A DNA stretch of 64,000 nt from Camelus ferus (taxonomy: Eukaryota). Below are positions 37,691 through 49,274 of this stretch, piece after piece. The stretch spans positions 21,700,001 through 21,764,000 of the forward strand of contig NC_045712.1 in NCBI RefSeq assembly GCF_009834535.1, in the 5' to 3' direction. Each line of letters begins with the position of its first letter. Position 1 is the first letter of the stretch. A program made the position numbers and the translations under genes. The notes under the pieces were generated by a model. The model made no database searches and had not been told where the DNA came from. It saw only the letters and a list, made by a program, of their open reading frames with translations.

Positions 37691-39710
37691 TTCTTTGTTG
37701 GTCACTGCACCGAGACAATATATTTGAGGGGAACTGATGCTTGTAAGAACCTTAACCTTCTAGCAAAAGCCTTCGGTAACATTGGGGAGGGGAAGAGAAA
37801 GACCATGAGGGACAGGGATGCTCATATATCCCCAACTAAGACTAGTGGCCCTGAGGGAGAATGCCTCCAGTCTGCAACATGCCACTCCTCAACTCCCCTC
37901 ATCTTCCAGCCTAGATACCTGAGGTTTATAGTCAAACTCCTTTTCCAAAGAGCTAAATTGCCCAGAAACCACCCAGAGAGTTCTGAAATCATTTCACACA
38001 AGCTCTTAATTTTTTTTTAAGGTAAGTACCTTTCCCTATTTTAATAGAAAGAAGACAATTTAAAGCCATGGTGAGGAATGGGAGACAAGGATAATCTTTA
38101 TCATCTAGGGCTGCAGAACATCTTTTGGGGACAAGGAAAGCCACTGAATCATCTTCCTCAATTCTGAGCTTTCTATGATCACAATAAGTGCTTCACTTTG
38201 CAGGGCATGTGATGTGAGTCAAGATATGATGATAGAAGGAAAGAGTGTGATGAGCTAAGTGCTATTAAAGAATCATACAGCCCAGCAACATTTGTTCTTA
38301 CCATATTCTGTGTTGGTTTGTTTTGAACTTTGTTTAAAAATTCCATGGCTTATGGCACCTCAAATTCATAAGGAATCTTTTTACAACAGAATGCTTTTGT
38401 ATATGCATCAGTGGAAATTTGATGAAAAAATGCCAGTAAGTTGAGGTCAGTCCATTTTTCGGCACTGAGTTTGTCACTCTCCCAAAAATTTTCAAATATG
38501 GGCAATTAAACAAGCATGGCCTATCAAAGAAGCTGAGCCTTCCAGATAATCTGGAATCCTGACCATATATTCACCCTGGAAGCTGTTGCTCTACTCAAAT
38601 ACTTGAACTTTTAATGAAGTGTCCAGTCCTTTTGTGATGGCACTGAAGTGTAATCAAACATTACCACAAGCCAAGTCATACACTAGCATGTCTTGCCTTG
38701 TTTAAATATCTCGAATATATTTGAGTAATTGTGTAATGATTTCTAGGCCCCTGGTTGTCCATATGGTCTGAACAGACTGTCTTTTGTAGAGCAGTTGTGC
38801 TATCTCTTTCAGCAAGAAAAAACCCCAAACCATCTCTGCTCTAAACCAGAGAGTTTAGGAGGCACTGCTTAAATTCAGGGGTGGTGCCCTACGTCAACTC
38901 TTGAACAAAACCAGCTCACATTTGGGCCCCAGAAATTGCTGTATCTTCTGAAACTCTTGCTTGTGTTTGTGAAATACACAAGAACAATGCAGCAGGCATC
39001 ACCTGACATGTTTTATGCTATAACTGTCCTTAGGATTGTTAGGATACAATGACAGGCCATGAGGACAATACAGCAAAGCCAGCACTTCAACCACATGGAA
39101 TCGTTCTGGACAGAGAACATTCTAGACAGTGGAACCAGATCATCCTAGACAGTTAATGAGGACCAGTGAAAGGGTATGACCTTTGGCAAGAACTCTGCTC
39201 TAATGTTCTTTGGGTGGTATGGGCAATGAGACAGCAAAGAAATTGTTGATTTTGCAATTAATAAAACACAAGGAGAGTTGCAGGGATTTAGCTTAAGAGA
39301 CCAGAATCTAAACATGGTTACTGGGCCTTACTAATTATTCATATTATCTGTCTCCCTAAGAAAGTATTCCAGGGGAGACCCGAAATGCTATGTTTGAAGG
39401 AATGTGCCAACTTATTCTTGACTTATTATTTGAGAATTATTAGCAAAATGGTTAGGTATAGACTTCCCACCCCATCTCCCACCCCAAACCACCGGCCACA
39501 ATAGGGCTTTTTGGTGGGACTAACGTGGCAAGGGGATAGTGGGCAGCTAAGTCTGTTGGCCTTTCTGCTCCTGCCCAACTTCAGGCTTCTGAAGTCATAA
39601 GAGGAAAACCATTTCACTGGTCATGAGCAGTGCTGAATGCACAAGAGCATGGAGACATGCACAACTTGTGAGTTCTGGGGATGACAGGAATGTGATGGAA
39701 AAGAGTTTAC

Positions 39711-39728
39711 CTTTTGTGCCTGAGGGAG
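39711..39728 (-). CDS. CACNA2D3: CACNA2D3 18-nt coding microexon (LPQAQK), probably exon 14
   Basis: Minus strand reads ttttttccccttttcag|CTC CCT CAG GCA CAA AAG|gtaaac, with a strong polypyrimidine tract and AG/GT ends. The peptide matches the recalled alpha2delta-3 sequence ...IDST-LPQAQK-L(T/A)DDQ... Confidence 0.93.
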
Positions 39729-40064
39729 CTGAAAAGGGGAAAAAAGAAAAAAAAATCATTACATAAGCAGTTAAGATTAACTGTAAAACTTCATTTGGCT
39801 GTCTTTGGCAAATGGAAAGATCAAAATGAGAGAAAGAGAGGGAAATAAAAACTAAAGCCAAGTCATTTTCCTATATAAAGCTACAGTGTTGATTATTCCA
39901 CCTGCTATCTGAATCGGTAGCATCAGTAGATCAGCTGAGAATCTGACAGCAAGTGCTTTGAGAATCACAATGCCCAGTTAGTTCCATCACCTCCTGCGAA
40001 GTTAGACCTGAGGTTCTTCTGTCATTTGGCCCAAAGCACACACTACCAAAACTGAGCTCCTTCT

Positions 40065-40247
40065 TCCTGTACACCAAAAGATCCCCCCTGTGGAAGGACT
40101 GTCTGGAGACATCTGGAGCTGTCAAAACTAGGGGAATGGGAGAGAGCAAGAGTTATTGTGGCTAAACATTCTATAATGCACAGGACAGCCCCCACAAGCA
40201 AGAATTATCCAGCCCATATGTCATTTGTGCCAAAGCTGAGAAACTCT
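40065..40247 (+). mobile_element. MER20 hAT-Charlie MITE
   Basis: tgtctggagacat...gctaaacattctataatgcacaggacagcccccacaagcaagaattatccagccc...gctgagaaac. Confidence 0.88.
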
Positions 40248-40694
40248 ACTGTACATAAAAGTAAGACCATTCAAAGGATGTTCTGTTTTTAAAGTCATTT
40301 TTTCTTGTTTTACTGTTTCCTTTATTGGTAGTTAAGGAAGCATGCACAAGGATTTATGCATTATGCAAACAAGGCTGATAGTCTAAGAGCAATGAAAAGG
40401 CAGTCAGTCAACCCATAATATAAGACATAATAGTTTTCCCAATGGCACAGGAAAGGAATTGAAGTTATAGGTATGTAGAAAAAGATGAATATTTACAAGA
40501 CATATTTGTCTATTTTTCTACATTGAGACTACTAGGCTGCGGTTTAATGCCACAGTGTTTGTGATTGCCATTACAGCAAGCAGTGCTTTGAAAATCATTT
40601 TTCTAATCTGGAATGGAATTAACATTATCCATATACTAAATATCAAATCTAAGAATTACATCATTTTCAAGACTTACTTTTCATAGAGACTAAA

Positions 40695-40890
40695 ATTTAT
40701 TGTGAACTTGTCACCAAGCACTGTGCTAAGCCCTTTATTTGCATCACTCCACTAAATCACAACCCAACACTAAGTACCCTTAGTATCCCCACTTTACATA
40801 TGACCAATAGAACGGCATTTAGAGGTTATGCAATTATACAATATACCATAGATAATAAATTAAAGAGCTGGGTTACCTGACTTTAGAACG
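40695..40890 (-). mobile_element. MIR
   Basis: ccaagcactgtgctaagccctt...tatccccactttacatatga. Confidence 0.7.
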
Positions 40891-42589
40891 CACAAACTCA
40901 GCTCAACTCACATATTAATAAAGGCCACAAACACTTGGGAAGTGTGACTACAAACTCTCTCTGTATCTCCAGAGTTTATAGCATTGAAAGTGCTAGAAGA
41001 TGCACTAAAGAGAGAGAGAGAAAGGAAGGGCATCTCTCCTTTCAAGAGACCTGTCAAATCTCACAATCTGTGCAGGACTTAACTTTGGTATAACTAGTTT
41101 TAGATAACTAAACCAGGCATCCTATGGTCCTCATTTGAATCTTCTGAATTTCTCGTTCTTTTCTCCTTGCATAGAATGCTCTCTCTTCACAGACACTAAG
41201 GCTAGGGCTTTCTTGAACCTGTCATAAGATTCTGCCCTTTGGATGGAGCCCAACCAAGGGTAGAAGGAATAAACCCAAACCAACAAGGTGTCCTGGATCT
41301 CAAAGACTTCTCTAGAATGGTCATGGAGAATGTTCAAGAAGGGCAGACCCCAACTTCCCAACAATCAATTTCTGAGCACTTTTATGCCAAAAGGTCTCCC
41401 AATTTAAGAAGACAGGAATACAAGCATGTTTTTCTGATTCTTTCCTCCTAGTTTTAGCTGCCACTACTAAAAGGGAAGCTTATGTGTTTTTCCAGTGCTT
41501 CTCAAGAGTGTAGAAAAGAAATGTATCAAGGGGTGAGAAATTGAGCCTAAAAGGAGGAATCACTTAAAGAAGAGTCTCTTAAATATTAAACATCTTTTCA
41601 TACAATGGAAAAGAAACCTTGGAGACAAGAACATTAATGGAATGACAAATATATGTTTCCTCAGGAAAGCATTTGTGTTGAATCACAGCTTATGTTGTAT
41701 GAAATGCATCAGGGAGCCATGAGAATTATAATTGCTTGATGAGTTAAAATAAATACCAAAGTTAAGTCCTGCACAAACTGTGAGACTTGACAGGCCTCTT
41801 GAAAGGAGAGATGCCCTTCCTTCCTCTGTCCCTCTCTGTCTCTCTCTCAGTTTTATATTGGTGGAGCAAGAAACACCTCTTTTTCACTCACCCATTTAAG
41901 CACATGATACGAAATCCTGGGAAGGAAAATGAGAGACCAGGCCTTGTGGTGATGTCCTCAGTTTAAGTTTGCCCTCAAGATCTCCACAAAACATATATTT
42001 TCCTCAAGAAATAACTCATGAGAACAAAGAGCAACTTTCCTATCAAAGCTTTTAAATAACATAAATTACAGCTTGCAATGCCCTACACACGTTGGACCGC
42101 GAAGAAGGAGTCTCAGAATAGAACATAACAAATTTAGATGGGATCACTGGCAGCCAAAGATGCTACTGCTTGGGAGTAGGCTCTCCTGATGACACATGGC
42201 TCACCTGACATTCACAAAGGATGTGTAGAGCCCTGAACTGGGAGCCAGACCAGCTGGACATTAGGTACCCCCCCACCCCGGCCTCTGGTTGGAGTTTTGA
42301 GGCACGTGCCTTCCAGACTTTGGCCAGGGTGCAGATGGTAAAGAGAGGGCTGAGGAATGGGCCCATTCTTGGATGGCCAATAAGGGTAGCCTCAAAAGCC
42401 AAACCTGACTGATTATTAATGGAATATTATAGCATTGTGTTGAGAAGGATTCTGAAATTATGTCTGAGTTTTGTTGAAAAGAATGCTATAACCAATTAGC
42501 AATGTCTGTTGTGGGCTCAAAAATATAGAATAGAAAGGTTTTATTGCACCTTTTCTGTGTTAGTTCTGAGTACATCTATAATTTCTATA

Positions 42590-42700
42590 TAAGTTATTTG
42601 TTTAATGTCTCCCCTGCTAGATCACGAGCTCCATGAGGGCATGAGGGTATCTGCCCTGTACGGAAGTCTCCATGACGTTCTCTAAGCTGTGACTATAACT
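42590..42700 (+). mobile_element. LINE-2 3' end fragment
   Basis: gttatttgtttaatgtctcccctgctagatcacgagctccatgagggc. Confidence 0.7.
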
Positions 42701-43409
42701 GGTGCTTACCTGGTTAAAAGAAGGTACCTTATTACTAGGGTACACCTAAGGTGGATGCCAGGGAAAGACAACTTGAGTAGCTGACTGGAATCTACACCCC
42801 CACAAACATACATACCACGTTGCTAAACCAAGCTAAAGGCTTTCAAAAGAAAAAGAAATATCTCTGCCAGATATAAAATCCTCAGATTTCCATATGCCTG
42901 GTACAGACTTCTGCAGATATGCAGATTGTCTCACTGACCCATGGGTGTGCATAAAACCAGTACGGGAACTTCCCATCAACACTCGGCCTGAGGCAAGGTG
43001 ACTTCTATTCCTTAAAGACCTCTTCTTCTTCAAAGCCACCGTGTCAGGCATTGTCTGCTGGGCTCCACCTCCCTGAGTCTGTTTCCCCACTTACTACCTC
43101 AGAGTCTGCACAGGCAGCTTCAGATTCCTTCAGGCCTAATGCCCTCAGATTGTATGGCTCTATATGCAACTACATACCCTCCAGTCACTTTTTTAAAAGA
43201 AGGGCAAAGAAAGAAAGAAGTTGTAGTACCCTGTGGGCTTGCATATTCTTAGGGAAAATTTCTAGGTATAGAATGCATTCATGGGACACCAAATTCAAAC
43301 TTGGAAAGACTGAGAATGTGTCATTCAAGAGAGTGATGGAGATGAAGGCCACAACAATAAAAGAAGCAGCCACTCCTGAGTTACCACTCTCAATGGACCA
43401 GGGACTTAG

Positions 43410-43600
43410 CTAAGCACTTTACCATCTTGAGCAATCATGGTCCTCACAGTGGACCTCTGGGTTGTATATCAGTATCATCTTGAGATTACAGAGGAGGAAA
43501 CAGAGATTATTTAGAACGGCTAAGTACCTCACCAAGGTCATCCAGGCAGGAAATGCTGGAGCTGAAAGTCAAATCAATGCAGCCCCCACCTATGCTTTAA
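43410..43600 (-). mobile_element. MIR
   Basis: ttacagaggaggaaacagag...taagtacctcaccaaggtcatccag. Confidence 0.75.
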
Positions 43601-44019
43601 CTGTCAGGCTCAAGGTGCTGCCTCTTGTGCAGACCAAGGGAGCTAGCACCAATCCGAGCTCCTGAAGGATTCCATCAGGGAATCCCCCATAGGAAGAACA
43701 GGGAATGAGAAATCCTGGCAGCACCCCATATGTGATAGTCTAGAGGGAGAACAGAGAATCCAGCCTGCCACACTTCTCAGCATGTGGTATGTGATGTATG
43801 GTGTAGCATAAATATTTATCATGTCCTCTCCTGTCACTGACACACTTATTCTTCCCTCATCTTGGAATGTTCCCTTATACTCCTCCTTCCTTGTCCAGCA
43901 AACACCTACTTCACTGGTCAGTTGTCATGGTGTCAAATAAGCCCTGTCTGGCCTCTCATATCAATCACATGTCCTCATCACATGGCCTCATAATGTCACA
44001 TACCTCTTATTCACAACAT

Positions 44020-44310
44020 AGTTGCTGCTAGGTGCAGTAAATGCCATTCTGCCCTTCTTTTTTGGTAACAGCAACCCAACTTTCAGCCAGGCTCAGCTAA
44101 ATGAGCCTATTAGAGCTTGATATGGCAAAGTGATTCAGTCATGGTCAATGAGATATCCATGGATGTGGCTTTCCCAGATAACATCCTTAAAAGGACTCCT
44201 TCCATCCTGCTGCCAGGAAGGTAGCAGTTGCTTTAGTAGTCATTCTGGACTGTAAGGTTATTTTGGATGGAAACCACAGGCTGGGATTTTGAGGACAGCA
44301 ATAATGACAG
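44020..44310 (+). mobile_element. Old MLT1 (J-like) LTR fragment
   Basis: cccttcttttttggtaacagcaaccc...atggtcaatgagatatcc...ccttccatcctgctgccagg. Confidence 0.5.
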
Positions 44311-44469
44311 GAAGTTATAATATAGCTACGACACACTATCAACCATTCTAAGTGCTTTACCCATACTAATTTATTGATAACTCACAGAAACCTTATTAGG
44401 TAAGTTCTACTCTTATCCCAGTTGTGCATGAAACTACAAGCTCACATAGCCAGAGAGCAGTAAAGATAG

Positions 44470-44800
44470 TATTTGAGAAGCGAGGCCAGTGAGAAGATTA
44501 TTGAATAACCTGGATGAGAGATGATGGAGAGCTGGACCAAAGAGCTGGCAGAAGATATGGCAGGCGGTGGTCTGACCCTAGATCTATTCAAGAGAAAAGA
44601 TGACAGACTGGATGATAACATGAGAAAGCCAGACATCAAGGATGCATCTAAGTCTTTTGGCCCAGGTAAATGCAAAAATGGAGCTTCCATTTTCTGAGAA
44701 GAGGAATACTACAAAAGAAGCATATTTGAGAGAAAAAAAAAACCCACAGATTTCAGTTTTGTCTAAAACTGACAATTTTAGGATGTCTCCTAGACTTGCA
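44470..44800 (-). mobile_element. LINE-2 fragment
   Basis: gaggccagtgagaagattattgaataacctggatgagagatgatg...catcaaggatgcatctaagtcttttggcc...gagcttccattttctgag. Confidence 0.75.
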
Positions 44801-45619
44801 GGCAGAGGTTGCACGGTCACTGTCAACATGCAGACAAGGTTACCCAGGAAGTAAGTGCAAGTAGAAGAGCACATGTGTCCAGGGACTGAATTGTGGGGCA
44901 ATTGTGGGGTACCAGTCAGAGGTGCTGAGGTGGTCCAGGGAAAAAGAGCTGGAAGGAGCTACAGGGGCAGTGGAAGAGATTTAAGCATGCTTTGAGTCTC
45001 TGATGTTAAGTAAAGGTGTGTCAAAAAGAGACAGTTCCTACACCGAGGAGAAGGGAGTATTTTTGTCTTAACTTTTCTCATTTACTTCATTTCTACCTCA
45101 GACTTCCACACAGTCACAGGGGCAACTGATAGGACATCCATCACTCTAGCTCAACGAACTTCCAGAGTTGAATGAACTCTTTTTCAAAAAGAAACTCAAT
45201 TAAAGATCTATTGGTCAAAACAACACATTCACTATAAAATATGTAAAGACCAAATGGAACACAAAGCATTTTCCTGCCAACAGTATAAAACAACAACAAA
45301 AAGCCTGGTCTACATATGTTTATTCCATTTGTAAAACTGGCCCTTTGCCTCAGGCCTTATGAATGAGCGATAAACCCCTGTTTGCTGCCGAGGTTCCCTG
45401 TGTTCATTTTTTTTTCCTGTGCATGTTTGCATTTATAATCTTTCATTCTTCTTCATTAAGCATGGGTAAAGATTCCTACTCCTCCATATACCAGAGGAAG
45501 TTCTGTTAATTGGCTCACACTCCAAAACCTATGCCAGGAGGGGAAGGTCTCAGATGAGCTAAGATCCAGCGATGGCAGTTCTGTCCACATCCATCCACTT
45601 CTGCCACACCACGCCAAGC

Positions 45620-46080
45620 CACCATCATTGTTCATCCATCTCTTCAGTTTCATTTTTTTCCCACAGTCCTTCTTCTATACTGCATCCAGAACTATCTAAG
45701 ACTATAAGCCTGATGTTTTGCTGGTTCTATTGTCCAAGCCTCGCTTGCCTCAAAGCCTTTGTGTGACTATTTTCTCTGATTGGCTGATGCTGTCCCACCT
45801 ATGTCAATTCCCTTGACACCCTCCAGAGTCTCCTGCCTCACTGATTCCTACCCATTTGTCAGATTTTAGCTCTAAAGGCACTTCCTATGACAGGAGTTCT
45901 TATCTCAACTCCATGTATCTTTCTGTGACATCATCTTGTTTATTCCTGTCTTAGCATTCATTGCATTCTGTAATCTTCTTGTTTAGTTTTTAACTACCTC
46001 TTCACATAAGTACTCAAGATCCATCTAGGGGCCATATGAAGGAACAATTTATTTGTTGTTGTACTGCCAGGAACTAGACT
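45620..46080 (+). mobile_element. LINE-2 fragment
   Basis: gtcagattttagctctaaaggcacttcc...cttgtttagtttttaactacctcttcacataagtactcaagatccatctagggg. Confidence 0.5.
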
Positions 46081-46127
46081 TGTACTGTACTTGGCCCTTG
46101 GTAAAAATTCAGTAAAGAGTATTTGTT

Positions 46128-46314
46128 GAAGGAAGAGAGGGAAGTAATAAGGAAAGAAAAAGAAAGAATGAAGGGAAGGAAGGAGGAAGGGAAGAAAAGA
46201 GGAAGGGAAAGAAGAAAGGAGCGAAGGAAGGAATAAGGAATTAAGGAGGGGAAAATGGAGGGAGAGAGGAAGAAAAGAAAGTAAAACAAAGAAAGAAGAA
46301 AAGGAAAAGGAAGG
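46128..46314 (+). repeat. GA-rich polypurine low-complexity tract
   Basis: About 185 nt of almost pure A/G made of gaagg and aaag units. Confidence 0.92.
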
Positions 46315-46319
46315 CAGGC

Positions 46320-46435
46320 CAGCCTTAGAATTTAGTAGACCAGGTTTCCAATCCCACCTCTACCCCTTATGAGCCATGAGGACTTGAGCAACAATACATC
46401 ATCTCTGAGCTCAGGATTTCTCACATGTAAGACTA
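46320..46435 (+). mobile_element. MIR
   Basis: tagaccaggtttccaatcccacctctacc...gacttgagcaac...tctctgagctcaggatttctcacatgtaa. Confidence 0.7.
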
Positions 46436-46519
46436 CCCACTGATCTGAGATCACAATTCTTCTCAATGAGCCATCACTTCTTCACAGTGGATATAAGGCT
46501 TGAATAAGTTGCATTAGAC

Positions 46520-47010
46520 AATGTGTGACTCTTACAGTGGACATGTGTCTTTTTGCTCTCACCATCAACTCCTTCTTTCACAGTAGTACCCATACTCTGG
46601 GTAAGATTCTACTCCAAGCCCCATGATGTGGGCAGTGCCCAGACCTGAGCCAATTGATTTGTTACTGGCCCGAGCAATTGGCTTAGGGTGGACAAGTGAC
46701 CTAACCTAACCTAATCAGGAATTTTACAGAAGTAGCCAAATATCATACAGCTCCCTCCTCTCTCCCCTCTTCTCTTTCCTCTCTCAACTAGAGTCTGAGA
46801 GGATGCACTTAGTGGGGACAGATCATCAAATGGTGTCTGAGAGTACAGCCAGCACCAGGGAAGGCAGAGCACTGAGACGAACTGAATTCAGCACCAATGG
46901 TGTCATTGAAGCCCATGTCAATTCATGGGACTTACTTTCTAGAGGCTTCCAGCTCAGTATGACATCCTGAGTGAACTGAGTTTTTCTCATAGCTCCCAAA
47001 GATACTTGCA
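46520..47010 (+). mobile_element. Old MLT1 (J/K/L-like) LTR
   Basis: gcaattggcttagggtggacaagtgaccta...gagtacagccagcaccagggaaggcagagc...gaactgagttttttctca. Confidence 0.55.
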
Positions 47011-47829
47011 GTTGGCCATCTCTAGGTACAGACCATGGATACTTTCAACTAGATTTTACTGGCACAAATCAAAAAATTCATCGAAATATTTCCATACAGT
47101 TTGCTCACCTTCAAAAATACTCAGCAGTAATTCCCTCAAGAGATTTCTAAAGGTATGCCTGAAATTTCCTTACAAACATACAAGGCATCGTATTTCTCCA
47201 GAGTCCAGAAGCTCCTCTGGCCTTTATGATAATCTTATATGTCAGAAGATAGAAGGATGTCTCTTTGTGCCATTTTCCTCCTTCCCTGGCTTTCACAAGA
47301 GCATCAGTTTATTCCACTGCTCCATATTCCTTCTCTGGCTCCTTAAATGTGGACACCCCGTTGCTCCTTCTACAATCCCTAACTGAGGCAACCATCCCCA
47401 GCCCCATGGTTTTATCTAATTCCTTGTCATGGTGGTGGTGAAGGAGGATGAGGAGGAAAGTGTAGGAGCAGGGGTGGAGATAGATAACCTTGCAGAGTGG
47501 AAGACAAGAACAAAGATAGGATCAATAAAAGAAGATAAACATAACTAACTTTACGACTTTAAAATAATTTAAGTACCCATTCCAATTTTCCCTTCATATC
47601 CTATTTATATATATATGGGTACTTAAAAATAAAATAAAATAAAATCCTGTTGGAAAGATCATGGAGAGAATGGTATCTATGTATTCCAAATTGTATTGTT
47701 TTTATCAGTTTGGATATTATCTTGCCTGACCATATATAATTTAATAGTGATTTCTCAACATATATTTTGGGAAACAGATGGAACTTTAACTTCTTTTTCC
47801 AACAGTATATTTAGAGACAAAAAAAGTTT

Positions 47830-48300
47830 TGAAAGAAGGACCCTTTTATGTCGTTTAAAATGTTTCTTTTTAAAAAGTCACACAAGCAATGCAAACTTCT
47901 TACAGAAAAGTAGATATCAAAGATAAGCAAAAGAAGACATTTAAAGCCACTGATGATGCTAATATTTCAGTTAATGTCAATTATTCAATTATTTGAATAT
48001 AAAAACATTACTTATTGAATTCCCTATTATTAGCTCTCTAGACTGTATTTACCTTGTCAATAACATGGATGAAGCTGTAATAAACATTCTTGTAGTAAAA
48101 TTTTTGCATACATTCTCAACTTTTCAAGAGGTTGAGTTATTGATCAAAGGGCATTACATATTTCAGTCTCAAGGGTCCTCAAGGAAAGTTGTCCTGATTT
48201 ATACTCTGACCAGGATGCTATCTTCCCAATGTCTGTTTCACCACTCGAAATCAATCCTAAGTATCATCTTTTAAAAATCTCTCAGTAATTTAAAAATACA
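47830..48300 (-). mobile_element. Old L1M 3'UTR fragment
   Basis: gctgtaataaacattcttgtag...gagttattgatcaaagggc...gtcctgatttatactctgaccaggatg. Confidence 0.65.
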
Positions 48301-49096
48301 GGTTATATGGATGAGTCTTTTCCTTGGTCCAAATGAGTTAAAAGGCAGAGAGGATATTAAACTTCAAAATGCCCGAAGGGCCACAGGGCTCACTACATTG
48401 CAGATCTCCAGAGAACACTGTCCTACCCACTGCAGACTAGCATCCCAGGTTATTTAGTAGAAAAGATGTAGACTGATAACTAAGGGTCAGATTTTTAAAA
48501 CTGAACTCTGAATGAAAAAATCTAGTGTCTTTTTTTTGCAGTGGTAGAGCTCTTCCTAGATGAAAGGCAAGCCTGCATAAATTATTCACTTGATGGCAGG
48601 CTTTTTTTTGGATGCTGGAAAATGTGGATTATTAATGGGCAGAGCAGAACAATTCTCACATTACATATAGCTGAGGACTATTGGCTGGGGGAAAGCCCCA
48701 GACATTTTGCTCATTATAATGTTCTGAAAATTCTCACAATAAGAAGTCATTTCTCATCAGGCTTGAACTCTGCTTTGTATCAGAAAAATACGTTTCCAAT
48801 TAAAATTGTCATTCTTCAGCCTTACTTTGGGTGGTCATCTTGCTGAAAAATTATCTGGAGTTCTGGCAGTGTTGGGGAGCAAAAGGTCCTGCAGGTTCCC
48901 TGTGAGAACACAGGGTTGGTAGAATCAAAGGGAAATTTGGCAAAGTCCAGATAAAACTACCACCATGATGTGTTTGTATTTCCTGCCTGGAAACCACTTT
49001 GGTCTACATGGCAGTCCAGGGATCAGTGTAGATTAAGGAGGATCTGATAGGGAAGGAAGCTCTTTTCTGCAGGATTCATTTTAGAAATATCTGAAC

Positions 49097-49274
49097 NNNN
49101 NNNNNNNNNNNNNNNNNNNNNNNNNNNNNNNNNNNNNNNNNNNNNNNNNNNNNNNNNNNNNNNNNNNNNNNNNNNNNNNNNNNNNNNNNNNNNNNNNNNN
49201 NNNNNNNNNNNNNNNNNNNNNNNNNNNNNNNNNNNNNNNNNNNNNNNNNNNNNNNNNNNNNNNNNNNNNNNNNN
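49097..49274. other. Assembly gap (178 N)
   Basis: N run. Confidence 0.99.

Noticed and set aside
39595-39861. 88-aa ORF spanning the microexon
   Set aside because: It is in a different frame from LPQAQK and reads through the polypyrimidine tract.
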